Source: an uncultured virus (IMG/VR IMGVR_UViG_3300022468_000816) (Duplodnaviria > Heunggongvirae > Uroviricota > Caudoviricetes). From it: DNA of 64,000 nt. Positions 35,409 through 45,425 of the stretch are shown in pieces; within the stretch, counting starts at the first letter, position 1, and each line of letters begins with the position of its first letter. The notes beneath the pieces are model-generated. The model was not told where the DNA came from, did not search any database, and was given only the letters and a program-made list of their open reading frames with translations. Position numbers and translations under genes: made by a program. The stretch lies in IMG/VR virus record IMGVR_UViG_3300022468_000816, one strand, 5' to 3'.

Positions 35409-36431
35409 TTATTGGTTGAGCATGAAGTGCCAGGTCGGCGAGTACAGCGCCGTGCCGGTATCGGCGTATTGTTGCGTCACGCCGGACACAGCGGTGCCGT
35501 CCGCGCGCAGGTAGCGGATGCAGCGCCAGTTCCCGCCGCCAAGGGACACGAACTCGGCCACGTCGCCGGCGGCCGTGGTGATGTTGGCGCCGCCAGGCAA
35601 GATCAGACTGGCTGCATTGTGCGTGAGCACCAGGGCCGCCGCGAAGGTCAGCGTGCGCTTGGCGCCGGCTGCATAGGTGCCAAGGGCGGTAAGCGCCGTG
35701 GTGCCGGTGACCGTGATGTTGTTCGAGCCGATGGCGCCGATGTCCAGCGTGGCGGCGCTGGGTGCGCTGACCGGCGGCGCCTCGTTGAAGGCTCCGGTCA
35801 TCGTGTCGCCAGCCTTGCTGACAGCGTTTGCTACCTGGAAAACAGACCACCGGCGCAGGACCAGCAGGTCCGTGGTGTTCACACCCGTGGTGAGCGTGAT
35901 ATTGGTGCCATTGGTGGCAATGTAGTCGTCGCCACCGTCTACCAGCAGGACGCCGTTCAGGTACAGATCGATGCGGCCGGCGACGTAGCCGCCCACCGGG
36001 GTGAACACGGTCTGCCCGTTGGTGCCCGGGATCAGCAACACGATGTCAAACGTCTGGTTGTTGCCAGATCCAGCGATCGACAGCGTGCCGTCGCCAGTAA
36101 CAGCGAGGCCGCCGCCCACTTTGATGCCACCTAGCGTTGTCGCGGTGGCCGGGGCGTTGGACAGCTTGCCGGCCAGTGCGTTGGTGACCGTGGCTGCGAA
36201 ATTGGCATCGTTGCCCATCGCCGCCGCCAGCTCATTGAGCTGATCGAGGGCCCCTGGAGCGCCGTTCACCAGGGCGGCAATTGCCGCATTCACCTCGGTC
36301 ATGCCCACGCGCTGGTGGAGAGCCAGGTCAATGGCTGACAGCGCATCCCGCAGGCGCGACACGTCCTGCAGGAGCGTGTTGTCCTGGTACGGTAGCGGGA
36401 TCAGCAGGTGTTCGGTTACGTCGTTTTGCAT
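35409..36431 (-). CDS. tail fibre protein
   Basis: GAPGALDQLNELAAAMGNDANFAATVTNALAGK; ATATTLGGIKVG. Confidence 0.85.
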   Translation of the reverse strand: MQNDVTEHLLIPLPYQDNTLLQDVSRLRDALSAIDLALHQRVGMTEVNAAIAALVNGAPGALDQLNELAAAMGNDANFAATVTNALAGKLSNAPATATTLGGIKVGGGLAVTGDGTLSIAGSGNNQTFDIVLLIPGTNGQTVFTPVGGYVAGRIDLYLNGVLLVDGGDDYIATNGTNITLTTGVNTTDLLVLRRWSVFQVANAVSKAGDTMTGAFNEAPPVSAPSAATLDIGAIGSNNITVTGTTALTALGTYAAGAKRTLTFAAALVLTHNAASLILPGGANITTAAGDVAEFVSLGGGNWRCIRYLRADGTAVSGVTQQYADTGTALYSPTWHFMLNQ

Positions 36432-36444
36432 AGGGCCTCAATCA

Positions 36445-37674
36445 TCAGGTCACGATCACGCGCAGGTTGCGAATATGCGGGCGCGCCGCTACAGCGCCGG
36501 TGAGCGTCAGCCGCACGCGGACGCGGGCCTCCATGACAGCGGTGCGCGTGAACTGGTACTCGTAGAGGCCCAGGTCGCCATTCAGCAGCTTCGGTGGCAG
36601 GCCGCCGTCGGTCATTGAGAGCCAGCTGTCACCAGCGTCCACGCCTGACACCTCGACCAGCACACCAGCACCGCTGGGAATGATGGCGTCGATCAGCACC
36701 TTGACGTTGGCGCCGGCCGCATCGGCGTCGATGGCGCGGCTGATGTAGGGGGCCGACAGGCTCACGGCGCCAGCAACGATCTGCGTGCCAGGGTAGATGG
36801 CCGCCGAGGCGTCGTCGTCGGACCGCAGGCGGGCTTTCACGTTGACAGTGCCGGTGGTGGCGGTTGGCAGCGAGATCCGCTGGTTGTCGCCGGAGCGCAC
36901 AACGGTGCCGTCCGGAAGCGTGACCTCCAGGTCACCGGTGGCCGTGGACTTGGGCGAGTCGATGGTGGTCAGCACCAGCAGATCGGTGGCTGCCGTCAGC
37001 GAGACGTTGCCGAGGTCCACCAGGCGCTCTGCCTCGGTGTACTTGCGGCGGTTCAGGCGGAAAGCCAGATCGCGGTCCTGGTACGCGGTCCAGGTGCTGG
37101 CGTTGGATGACGACAGCAGCACGCCCACCGTGTAGGGCTGACTGGTGATCCAGCGCTGCGCGGTGGTGTCGTACTTACCCAGCTCGGCGGTGGCCAGCTC
37201 TGACACCGCGTCGTTGCACAGCGCGACGATGGCGTACTCGACACCCGGCTCCAGCCGCACCGGAGCTCGCAGGTTGAACCGAGTCCAGCCATTCACCGTG
37301 ATGTCTGCGGGCTTCAGCCGGCCCTCGGCCAGCACCACGCGCGTGGGAAAGCCAACCTGCGTCTCGCGGATCTGCACCGACACGGGCGTGGTGCCCTTGG
37401 CGACGAACCACAGGTCCACGGAGTCGGCGTCGATCGCCTGGGTCAGTGTGAAGGTCTGGGCGATCGGGTCAACGTTCGCCTGCCAGAAAGTCGTGGTGAT
37501 CTGCGTCACCATGGTGCGCACGTCATCGACGCGCGTGCCCTGGCCGAAGAAACTGGCTTGGCCGGTAGAGCCGCCGGCGCCGGCGAACGACACGTTCTTG
37601 ATGCCTGCAGGGACGTCGGCCGGGATGGTGAACTTCCCGGTGACGACACCCAAAGAATTTGCTGCGATTGTCAT
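36445..37674 (-). CDS. baseplate/virion structural protein (DUF4815 C-terminal-like)
   Basis: DPIAQTF...GVLLSSSNASTWT..QD.DL.F; GGAG RBS. Confidence 0.75.
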   Translation of the reverse strand: MTIAANSLGVVTGKFTIPADVPAGIKNVSFAGAGGSTGQASFFGQGTRVDDVRTMVTQITTTFWQANVDPIAQTFTLTQAIDADSVDLWFVAKGTTPVSVQIRETQVGFPTRVVLAEGRLKPADITVNGWTRFNLRAPVRLEPGVEYAIVALCNDAVSELATAELGKYDTTAQRWITSQPYTVGVLLSSSNASTWTAYQDRDLAFRLNRRKYTEAERLVDLGNVSLTAATDLLVLTTIDSPKSTATGDLEVTLPDGTVVRSGDNQRISLPTATTGTVNVKARLRSDDDASAAIYPGTQIVAGAVSLSAPYISRAIDADAAGANVKVLIDAIIPSGAGVLVEVSGVDAGDSWLSMTDGGLPPKLLNGDLGLYEYQFTRTAVMEARVRVRLTLTGAVAARPHIRNLRVIVT

Positions 37675-37688
37675 TGATGCTCCAAAAA

Positions 37689-39629
37689 TCAGACCGCTAC
37701 GGGCGTCACAGCAAGGCCGTCAAACAGAACCGACGACAGCACCTCGCCGGGGCCAAAGCCTTCCAGGCGGAACACCACGTCGATCTGGCGCAGGTTTTCC
37801 AGCGTGCGAGTGGACACCTCGGAGCGCACCACGGTGTTTTGCTGGGTGACGGAGACGTTGCCCCAGCCATTGGTGAAGCGCTCGGTCAGTGGGCTGGTCC
37901 AAGACACCACTGTGTCCGTCCAGCGATCAATGGCCGGCGTCAGGCTTACCTGGGCGGGCAGCACGTCGAACGACATGAAGGGGTTGATCTTCATGGAGCC
38001 CGTGCGGAACTCCTGTGACAGCGCCTCCTGCACCGCGTAAGCGCAGGTGGTCGCCGTCGTAACGTCGTTCGCTGGAGGGATCACTGAGCCGTTGATCGGC
38101 AGGACGAGCTCGCCACCAACGATGGCAGCGGTCTGCGCCAGGCCCTGGTCGCGCTGTTCGTCGCCAAGGAACGGGTCAACAAAGAGGCCCTTCTTCGCCG
38201 TGGCGTCGCGCGTCTTGGCGTCCGCCGTCAGGTTCTGCTGGGCTACGATCAGCACCAGGTTGTCGAGGCGGTTGTTGATGCCCTCGATGTCCTGCATGGG
38301 CACCACGCGGGTGCCGTCGTTGATCACGTAGGACGAGTCGTTCCAGAACTGCACCACCTGGGCCAGCGGCAGCAGGTTGTTGGGGATGGCTGGCCGGACC
38401 GGGTCGTAGTCGGTCGAGACCCCCTCCACCCAGACGAACTGTCCGGAATCGGTCAGGCAAAGGCGGTCGATGCGCGGCAGCTTCACGTTGTAGCTGGTCA
38501 GGATCAGGCTGCCGACCACGGCGCCAGTGACCGTGAATCCGGTGTCATCCACCGCCGTGGGGGTCACGGCCGTGATGTACTGGTAGGTGACCGTGTACGA
38601 CGAGCCGGGCGCCGGCTCAGCGCCAGATGGCGACCAATCGACCTTGCCCGATGTCAGGTTGTAGTCGGTGCCCGCCGTATAGGTTGTCGCCCCTTGGGAG
38701 ACCGAGACAATGGCGATCACCGAGGTGTCGGGCAGAGGATCTTGGGCGCCAGTGACCGTGCCGTGGTTCAGCGTCACGGTCTTCTGTGCCGTGATGCGCA
38801 CCTGCGTGATGTTGGCGATCGGCGAGCGGTCCACATTGATGCGCTGGGCGCCAATCGTGGCTGACGTGCGCGGCTCGGAGTCGATGAAGCGCAGGATGGG
38901 TGTGGCATTGCGGGCCAGGCGGCGGGCTGTCGGTATCTGCACAGCAAAGCCGTTCACGCGGGCCCGGCCGTCGGTCACGCTGAAAACCTGATAGCCGTCC
39001 AGACGATCAGCGAGCCGGGTGACCTGCAGGCCGCGCACCACGTAGCTGCCGCCAGCGCTGTCACGGTCGTAGCCAGCAAGGGCCTGATTGATGGCGTCCA
39101 GGTTCGGGGGCGGCTCCTTGGCATCCAGGATGCCGTCGGTCACGCCGTAGACGGGGAAGAACTCGCCGGTGCCGCCGTCGCCATCCCAGCCCCACTCCGC
39201 GTGCACCTTGAGGCGCGCGGCGCCTTCCTGGTCGTAGTTGCGGGTGCCGGTGGCTGGGTCGCGCAGCGTCGGGTCCTCCAGCGCCGTGACCACGCTCTCG
39301 GTGAGGCGCACGCCGATGGCCAGGGTGCCGACGATCGGAACGGTGAAAGTTTCCGGAGGGATGCCGCGCACGGCGCCGCGCAGGTAGATGGCGCCAGACT
39401 GGCAGGTGGTCACGCCGGTGTCGGGGTTCACCTGGCAGGATGCGTCGCGGACGATATCGCCATCCTTGAACAGCACATCAGCGACGTCGCGCAGGCGCTT
39501 GGCGGCGTGCTTCTGGATCTCCACCAGCTCGGCGGACTGCAGGCCGCGGCCTGCAATGAACATATGCTCCTCGTATTCCTTGGAAGGATCGAAGCGCTCG
39601 TAATACTGGTCTGGCGGGGTGATAGACAT
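37689..39629 (-). CDS. DUF4815-family baseplate/virion protein
   Basis: YYERFDPSK.Y...F..GRGLQSAEL.EIQ; KKGLFVDPF. Confidence 0.8.
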   Translation of the reverse strand: MSITPPDQYYERFDPSKEYEEHMFIAGRGLQSAELVEIQKHAAKRLRDVADVLFKDGDIVRDASCQVNPDTGVTTCQSGAIYLRGAVRGIPPETFTVPIVGTLAIGVRLTESVVTALEDPTLRDPATGTRNYDQEGAARLKVHAEWGWDGDGGTGEFFPVYGVTDGILDAKEPPPNLDAINQALAGYDRDSAGGSYVVRGLQVTRLADRLDGYQVFSVTDGRARVNGFAVQIPTARRLARNATPILRFIDSEPRTSATIGAQRINVDRSPIANITQVRITAQKTVTLNHGTVTGAQDPLPDTSVIAIVSVSQGATTYTAGTDYNLTSGKVDWSPSGAEPAPGSSYTVTYQYITAVTPTAVDDTGFTVTGAVVGSLILTSYNVKLPRIDRLCLTDSGQFVWVEGVSTDYDPVRPAIPNNLLPLAQVVQFWNDSSYVINDGTRVVPMQDIEGINNRLDNLVLIVAQQNLTADAKTRDATAKKGLFVDPFLGDEQRDQGLAQTAAIVGGELVLPINGSVIPPANDVTTATTCAYAVQEALSQEFRTGSMKINPFMSFDVLPAQVSLTPAIDRWTDTVVSWTSPLTERFTNGWGNVSVTQQNTVVRSEVSTRTLENLRQIDVVFRLEGFGPGEVLSSVLFDGLAVTPVAV

Positions 39630-39641
39630 TTGTGCAGCGCC

Positions 39642-40121
39642 TTAGAAAACGACGACGATCTTGAAGCCGGGGCGAATTTCCGGTGACCGGTAGATCGGCG
39701 GCGAGTTTTCGAGGTGCAGAATTCGGCCGGGCGCCGTTACCTGAGCGGGCGTGAAATAGCGCTGACCCGCAGGCAGCCCGGGGTCGGTCTCGGTGCCCAC
39801 AAACACCGCGAACTCGCGGATCACCGAGCTGGAGGCGTCAGCAAAGTCGAATGTGACCTCGACCAGCAGCGCGTTTGTCGGAGTTGGCGAGATGGTGAAA
39901 CGACCGCTCGGCAGGACGATTTCCCCATCGGGGTCAGCGACCACGTAGCCCACCGTGTTCGCGGTGCGGCGGCCGATCTCGTTCATCAGCGTGAGCGCGT
40001 TGGGGTTCTCAGATGGTGGCGTCAGCCACGCACCATCGCCTAGCCCCCAGGCAACATGCACTGGGCGCTGGGCAATGGACTCGGCGATAACGACTCGCCC
40101 GGACTTGGTGAGAATTGGCAT
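39642..40121 (-). CDS. baseplate protein
   Basis: VAWGLGD..W...IREFAVF; module position. Confidence 0.7.
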   Translation of the reverse strand: MPILTKSGRVVIAESIAQRPVHVAWGLGDGAWLTPPSENPNALTLMNEIGRRTANTVGYVVADPDGEIVLPSGRFTISPTPTNALLVEVTFDFADASSSVIREFAVFVGTETDPGLPAGQRYFTPAQVTAPGRILHLENSPPIYRSPEIRPGFKIVVVF

Positions 40122-40141
40122 GGTGGAATGACCTTTTCAGA

Positions 40142-40157
40142 ATGGTACGGTCACGAC
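40142..40157 (-). promoter_or_regulatory. late-type promoter
   Basis: GTCGTGAC CG TACCAT. Confidence 0.55.
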
Positions 40158-41362
40158 TGATCGAAGTAGCCAGAGGTGACGATGGCGTTGTAGGTGGCCC
40201 AGGTTTCATCCGGGTCGCTGGACCAGGCGCGATCGAGCGCTCCCCAGAACTGCCCCTCGTAGGCGGCGTTCGAGAAAAACACCTGGTAGTCCTGGCTGTA
40301 TGCGCTGGTGACCACGTACAGCGTGTTTGCCCACGTGCCACCGTCACCCCATGTGAAGTCGCCCCAGGGCTGTGGCTCTGCATAGGACGCCGATGTGCGC
40401 ACGATCTCCTGCAGCTGCAGGCTCGTGTGATTCAGGACAGAGACATCCTCCAGGGCACCGTAATCGAGCAGCGCTATGTCTTCGAGACGGCTGCTGTTGA
40501 CGACGTTCACCTCGATGCCGGCGTGCACGGTGTAGTCGCCGCCCACCACCAGCACCGAGCCGTAGGTCATCTTCGGCCCCAGCACTTGGATGCCCGCCGC
40601 GCGGTTGCGGGTGATGACGGCCAGCACGGCGTCCCAGTCGATGACGCCATCCACCACGGGCTCAATCAGGTGGTAGCCGACACGGGATCCATCGTAGAGC
40701 TTGTGGGGGCCGGACAGCACGGAGTCGTCAAGCGTGAAAATCTCGGTCCAGGGCTCGGAGATCCGGACATCGAAGCCGGTTGCGTCCTTGATTGCCTGCT
40801 CGATCGCCAGGGCGTTGACGCGCAGCCGGAAAGCCTCGCGCGGGATCCGCGAGCGGTAGGAGACATCGGTCTCGCCCGGCAGGCGCTGCACCGAATAAAG
40901 GGAGCCCCACAGATCCAGCCACTCACCCTCGGCGGTGCCGATCACCATTTGCAGCAGCGCCTGGCGGATCTGCTCGCTGGCGGCGCTGATCTGGCGCGCG
41001 TAGGCCGTGAACAGCGCCCACATCAGCGAAGTGAAGGCTGTCACGTGGTCGCCGTTGCTTTCGTCCTGGCGTCCCCTGCCCTCCACCAGCACAAGGGCCG
41101 AGTAGGTGTCGAAGCGCGACGACGTGTGCTGCACCGTGAAGCCGTCGGCACGCAGCGCCGCGATCAGTCCTGACACCGTCACGGCCGCCAGATCGTAGGT
41201 TCGCGTCAAGGAGCCTGCGCGGGCCGTCATCACGCCCTCGGCGATCTCCCAGGTCGCGGTATCGGCATGCTGCAGGCGGAACACGAGCTCGTCCGCGGGG
41301 CCCTTCTCGAAGACCGCGCGGTGGGGGTATTCCAGCATGCGCTGGAGCGTGGTTGCGGTCAT
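40151..41362 (-). CDS. baseplate wedge protein (gpI-like)
   Basis: TAEGEWLDLWG..Y.V.RLPGETD.SYR.RI; follows baseplate J. Confidence 0.75.
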   Translation of the reverse strand: MTATTLQRMLEYPHRAVFEKGPADELVFRLQHADTATWEIAEGVMTARAGSLTRTYDLAAVTVSGLIAALRADGFTVQHTSSRFDTYSALVLVEGRGRQDESNGDHVTAFTSLMWALFTAYARQISAASEQIRQALLQMVIGTAEGEWLDLWGSLYSVQRLPGETDVSYRSRIPREAFRLRVNALAIEQAIKDATGFDVRISEPWTEIFTLDDSVLSGPHKLYDGSRVGYHLIEPVVDGVIDWDAVLAVITRNRAAGIQVLGPKMTYGSVLVVGGDYTVHAGIEVNVVNSSRLEDIALLDYGALEDVSVLNHTSLQLQEIVRTSASYAEPQPWGDFTWGDGGTWANTLYVVTSAYSQDYQVFFSNAAYEGQFWGALDRAWSSDPDETWATYNAIVTSGYFDQS

Positions 41363-42450
41363 AGCGGCTGGATGGTGAGCAGGCCTGGCACCAGGGCCTC
41401 ACTGGGCGCGCAGGCGATGTTCTCGTTGCTGTCGGGCACGATGGAGCGGACGCCATCAACGGCCAGCAGGTTTTCGACCAGCGTTTTCAGGAACAGCGTG
41501 GTGCCAGCTGGGATGGCCCGGATGGTGGTCGAGAAGATGTCGGAGATCGACTGCTGCACCGTGGTGGTCAGCTCGTAGCCGCTGAACATCGAGACCCGAA
41601 TGGACAGCGGGATTGCCCGCTCCACCATGGGTAGGGCCTCGACCCGCACGCCGGCAGGGCGGAACCCCGGCACGATGACGCCGGCATCGGTGCGGTAGCC
41701 GTCCAGCAGGCGCTGCGCCGTGGCCACCAGATCGGAAGATGGCACGCCGTTGCTGCTGTAGAGCCAGAAGCGCACGTATCCTGGATTTTCAACCTCGCCG
41801 ATGCGGGTCACGTACTGGGCCACGTTACCGTCGGCGTCCAGTGTGGTGGCCATGGACACCGCATAGCGGCAAGCCTCCATGGTGCCGCGCGACAGCGAGC
41901 GAACGAAGGCTGCGAACCGGGCGCGGCGCTCGTCGTCGGTCTCCAGGTCTCGGCCGCTGGTGATGGCCGAGTTGCTGATGACGAACGCGCCGCCGGTCAG
42001 GTTAGTATCGTTGATGGCTCCGGCCGCCACGTTGCCAACAGCGCCGATCACGCTGGACTGCACTGGAACCCGAATGACGGGCTCACCTGCGGCCCAGATC
42101 AGCGCCTGGGTGGATGTGTAGGTCCGGCCATCCGTTGTCGAAAATGACGTGCCCAGCGGTATTGTGATGTTCTCAACGGGCGCCGGCGACAGCGATAGGC
42201 TCACAAAGCCGTAGGCTCGCGCGGGCTGGAGGCGGTCAAAGCCGAACGATCGATACGTGGCCTCGGGAATCGCCTCAAGCAGCCCCTGCAGCATCTGCAG
42301 GTAAAGCTCCTCCATCTCCGCGGCCGGAGCTTCCATGAGGGTTCGCGCGACGGATCCCGGCTGAAAGTCGGTGATTTTGTCGGTGATGCTGCGCGCGACG
42401 TTGATCTCGGCGGCAACGATCGAAACGAAATTCTTGATTTGGAATGGCAT
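41359..42450 (-). CDS. baseplate J-like protein
   Basis: ITDFQPGSVARTL.EA; GNVAAGAI; GRDLETDDERRARF. Confidence 0.88.
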   Translation of the reverse strand: MPFQIKNFVSIVAAEINVARSITDKITDFQPGSVARTLMEAPAAEMEELYLQMLQGLLEAIPEATYRSFGFDRLQPARAYGFVSLSLSPAPVENITIPLGTSFSTTDGRTYTSTQALIWAAGEPVIRVPVQSSVIGAVGNVAAGAINDTNLTGGAFVISNSAITSGRDLETDDERRARFAAFVRSLSRGTMEACRYAVSMATTLDADGNVAQYVTRIGEVENPGYVRFWLYSSNGVPSSDLVATAQRLLDGYRTDAGVIVPGFRPAGVRVEALPMVERAIPLSIRVSMFSGYELTTTVQQSISDIFSTTIRAIPAGTTLFLKTLVENLLAVDGVRSIVPDSNENIACAPSEALVPGLLTIQPL

Positions 42451-42453
42451 GGG

Positions 42454-43068
42454 TTACTCGATAGTGAGGTCCACCACGCCACCGGCGATGGTGACAGCGC
42501 GAGCGGTCACTGCGATCTGGTCCCCGGTGGTCGCAGCCTGGGCGGATTCAACGGACCGGATGCGGTAATCGGACAGCACCGCGGACTTGGTGTACTCGGA
42601 GCCCAGCAGACCAGCGGCCGGGCCATTCACCCGGCCGATCAGGCGGTACAGCATGGATCCATAGGTCGGGTGACGCATGGCCTGACCGCGCGGCGTGGTG
42701 ATGCGATGCTGCAGCTGCTGCACGAGGTTCTTGGAGCCGGACACCACAAGGAAGTCGCCGCCCTCATCGGCTTCGAGCATGCGGTTGGTCATCTTCACGT
42801 CGCGCTCAAAAACCTGCCCGGTCTCTGCCCTCTCCGACAGCACGCCAGCTGGCGCTGGAACCTTGATGAATTGACCGGACAGCAGCACCCCAGCTCCTGC
42901 GCGGGCAGGGTCATCGGTGATATACGGCCACACCAGGGTGTTGAGCCACACCAGCTCAGGCCAACGGTTGGCATCGCCCAGCTCGCGTGCGGCCACCAGC
43001 TTGATGGTGTCGCCGTGCTCGGTGGCGGCGATCCGGTAGCTGGGCATCTCCTTGGAAAATGCGGTCAC
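42454..43068 (-). CDS. gp25/gpW-like baseplate protein with LysM-like N-terminus
   Basis: GDTIKLVAARELGDANRW; NLVQQL..RI.TPRG...HPTYGS. Confidence 0.8.
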   Translation of the reverse strand: MTAFSKEMPSYRIAATEHGDTIKLVAARELGDANRWPELVWLNTLVWPYITDDPARAGAGVLLSGQFIKVPAPAGVLSERAETGQVFERDVKMTNRMLEADEGGDFLVVSGSKNLVQQLQHRITTPRGQAMRHPTYGSMLYRLIGRVNGPAAGLLGSEYTKSAVLSDYRIRSVESAQAATTGDQIAVTARAVTIAGGVVDLTIE

Positions 43069-44195
43069 AGGGTCACCCCCGCGACGATTTCCGACAGGTT
43101 GCGGTCGATCTCAGAAATGGAAAGCGGAGCAAGAACTGGGTCTGCCTGCTTGATGGACTTGATGGCATTCAGGGCGTCACTGGTGACGTTGAACGCCGAT
43201 GCGCCGGTCTGCATCAGGCCGAAAACACCCTGCCCGGCAAAGACGCTGGCCGGGCTGCCACCAGTGGTGCTGGAGCAGTTCGAGGACCCGTACAAGGCCG
43301 AGTATTCCTCATAGGGCTTGCGCGGCCGCAGCGCGTTCTGGAAGATGCACGCCACTGTGTTGAACGCAGAAGCGATCCGAGCGGCCTTGGCCTTGAGATC
43401 GAGCGGGAGGTTCAGCGCGGCGGTGACGGTGCGGAAAACGCTCAGACCGACGCTCGCCAGGTCGCCTGCCAACGTCAGCAGCTGGTTGACGTAGGCGGCG
43501 CCCAGGTTCGAGATGTCTGCAATGGCGGCCGCCGCGGCATCGAACACACCGGTGACGGTGTCCAGGAAGTCGCCGAAGCCAGACCCCATGCCGAAGTCGT
43601 CGGCTTCCTCATTGATGGTGTCGGTGGCATCAGAAAGCGCCGTCAGGCCAACGCCGTTGTTCCCGTAGTTGGGAATGTCCACGTTGGGGATATCCACCGT
43701 GGTGGATACCGCCTGCAACGTGATGTTGTACTGGAACAGCAACGGCCGCGACTTGGAGCGGCGCAGCACGAACTGCGTTGGCACCACGGACCACGCAAAA
43801 TGGTCCAGAACGTCCACAAAAAGCAGCTTCACCATGGCCGGGTCGCGGCCGGCGTCGATCGCCGCCTGCTTGGCCTCGTGGTACTTGTGCACCACCAGGT
43901 TGTTCAGCTCCTCGAAAGAGCCGAAGCCGTCCAGGTTGATGCCGGCCGCGAAGCGCCAGCCGGTGTTACCGGAGATGGTGCACGACGGCAGCGCGGCGCC
44001 GAAGTTGTCCACCCAGCCGGAAACCTCGCGCCCAAGGGTCTGATGCACAGTCACGCGCGCGCCCTCGATCCGGTTGAGGTCTTCCGGTCGAATGGGGAGC
44101 GTTACCGCCTGCAGCAGCTGGCCATCGTCAAGCACGAAAACGATGGGCCGGATGCCGGCGCGCTGGTCGGTCGGCGCAGGTCCAGGGCTATACAT
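43065..44195 (-). CDS. tail/baseplate structural protein (tube initiator-like)
   Basis: VHQTLG...WVDNFG...F.L.RSKSRPLLFQYNI; module position. Confidence 0.65.
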   Translation of the reverse strand: MYSPGPAPTDQRAGIRPIVFVLDDGQLLQAVTLPIRPEDLNRIEGARVTVHQTLGREVSGWVDNFGAALPSCTISGNTGWRFAAGINLDGFGSFEELNNLVVHKYHEAKQAAIDAGRDPAMVKLLFVDVLDHFAWSVVPTQFVLRRSKSRPLLFQYNITLQAVSTTVDIPNVDIPNYGNNGVGLTALSDATDTINEEADDFGMGSGFGDFLDTVTGVFDAAAAAIADISNLGAAYVNQLLTLAGDLASVGLSVFRTVTAALNLPLDLKAKAARIASAFNTVACIFQNALRPRKPYEEYSALYGSSNCSSTTGGSPASVFAGQGVFGLMQTGASAFNVTSDALNAIKSIKQADPVLAPLSISEIDRNLSEIVAGVTL

Positions 44196-44201
44196 GCCAG
44201 C

Positions 44202-44217
44202 ATCATGGCATCACGAC
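44202..44217 (-). promoter_or_regulatory. late-type promoter (leaderless)
   Basis: GTCGTGAT GC CATGAT, 6 nt, then ATG 44195. Confidence 0.55.
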
Positions 44218-45425
44218 GCGACAATCCCGCCCTCGGCGAATTCCTGCGGCGTCAGCTTCCAAAAGACATCTTTTACACCAACAAATATGCTGCCGAAGAC
44301 ATTATTCACCCTGAATGCGTGACTGAAATGCTTTGCATATAAAGCACCTGTACTATCAGATCTAAAAACCTGAAAAGGACCCTCGGTGACGAATTCAGCT
44401 ACACCCTGTGGTAATGCTAAATTGAAAACACCGTATGGCTGAGCGACACTGAATAAATCGTCCGTCCATTCATTCGTTGCCGTATCCAGCTGAGAAACGA
44501 TCCTCTCCTGTCCATATTCCATTGCAGGCCTCACGCGCTCATAGTATGTTTGCTCGCTGATTTGCGCGTTATTTGCTGGAATCTTCTCAAAATAGTCTAC
44601 TGCATTAACCGCTGGCACCCCGGTAAGATTAAGCGGCTCGTTGTATTTCTTTCTCGTGTAAACCGCTAGTTTGTAAGCGCCACCAGCATCTACCGGAACA
44701 CCGTTTCCAACGGTGCCATTCGCCTGAGATCCCTTTGAGGAAACGCCACCTTCCCCGCCAGAGCCTCCACCAACAGGCGGGCCGGAAACATTGGGTCCAG
44801 AGCGAACGCCTGTATGGATGTGGTCTTTCAAGCTGACGCTGCCAGCCAAAACGTCTCCATTGGGAACGACAACCTTCTTTGCGTCGATCGTCACCACGCC
44901 GTCCTTGATGTCGATCTTGACGCCGCCCAGGGACACGCGCATGCCGACCTTCTTGTCCTTGTTGCGGTCGAGCGACAGGTTCTCGTCGAAGTTTTTCTTC
45001 TCCAGATCCTCATGGTCCAGGCTCTCGGCGATGCGCACGTAGGCCCCGCTCGGGTGGTACAGCTCCATGTTCCCGTTGCCGTCGATCGTGTGGTAGACAT
45101 CGGACTGGTGGCGCGAGAATTTGCGCTTGGCGTCCTTGAAGGTCATTTGGCTGATCTGCGGGTAGAGGAACCCCACCACGATGGGGTTGCCCCGCCCCAT
45201 AACGGCCACCAGCGCCTCCATGTCCTGGCCGTGGCGCTTGGTGATGTTCCACTTGTCCTCACCGGTCTTGCTCGGCATCTCGGGCATGTCCACGCTACCG
45301 CTGCGCGCGCTCGCGCTGTGCGCCATGACCGGCACACCTGACAGCCTGGCGCCGTCGTCGCACATGACCAGGTCGACCGAGTTGTCCTCGGGGTGACACG
45401 CCACCACGATAGCTTTGCGGAACAT
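44211..45425 (-). CDS. baseplate central spike (gpV-like) with ~180-aa C-terminal extension
   Basis: OB-fold-like N-terminus, GDVLAGSVSLKDHIHTGV apex HxH, then Gly linker and low-GC domain. Confidence 0.8.
   Translation of the reverse strand: MFRKAIVVACHPEDNSVDLVMCDDGARLSGVPVMAHSASARSGSVDMPEMPSKTGEDKWNITKRHGQDMEALVAVMGRGNPIVVGFLYPQISQMTFKDAKRKFSRHQSDVYHTIDGNGNMELYHPSGAYVRIAESLDHEDLEKKNFDENLSLDRNKDKKVGMRVSLGGVKIDIKDGVVTIDAKKVVVPNGDVLAGSVSLKDHIHTGVRSGPNVSGPPVGGGSGGEGGVSSKGSQANGTVGNGVPVDAGGAYKLAVYTRKKYNEPLNLTGVPAVNAVDYFEKIPANNAQISEQTYYERVRPAMEYGQERIVSQLDTATNEWTDDLFSVAQPYGVFNLALPQGVAEFVTEGPFQVFRSDSTGALYAKHFSHAFRVNNVFGSIFVGVKDVFWKLTPQEFAEGGIVAS

Noticed and set aside
36445..39629. DUF4815 gene broken by a frameshift
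   Set aside because: The second ORF has its own GGAG RBS and ATG 14 nt after a clean stop; more simply two genes.
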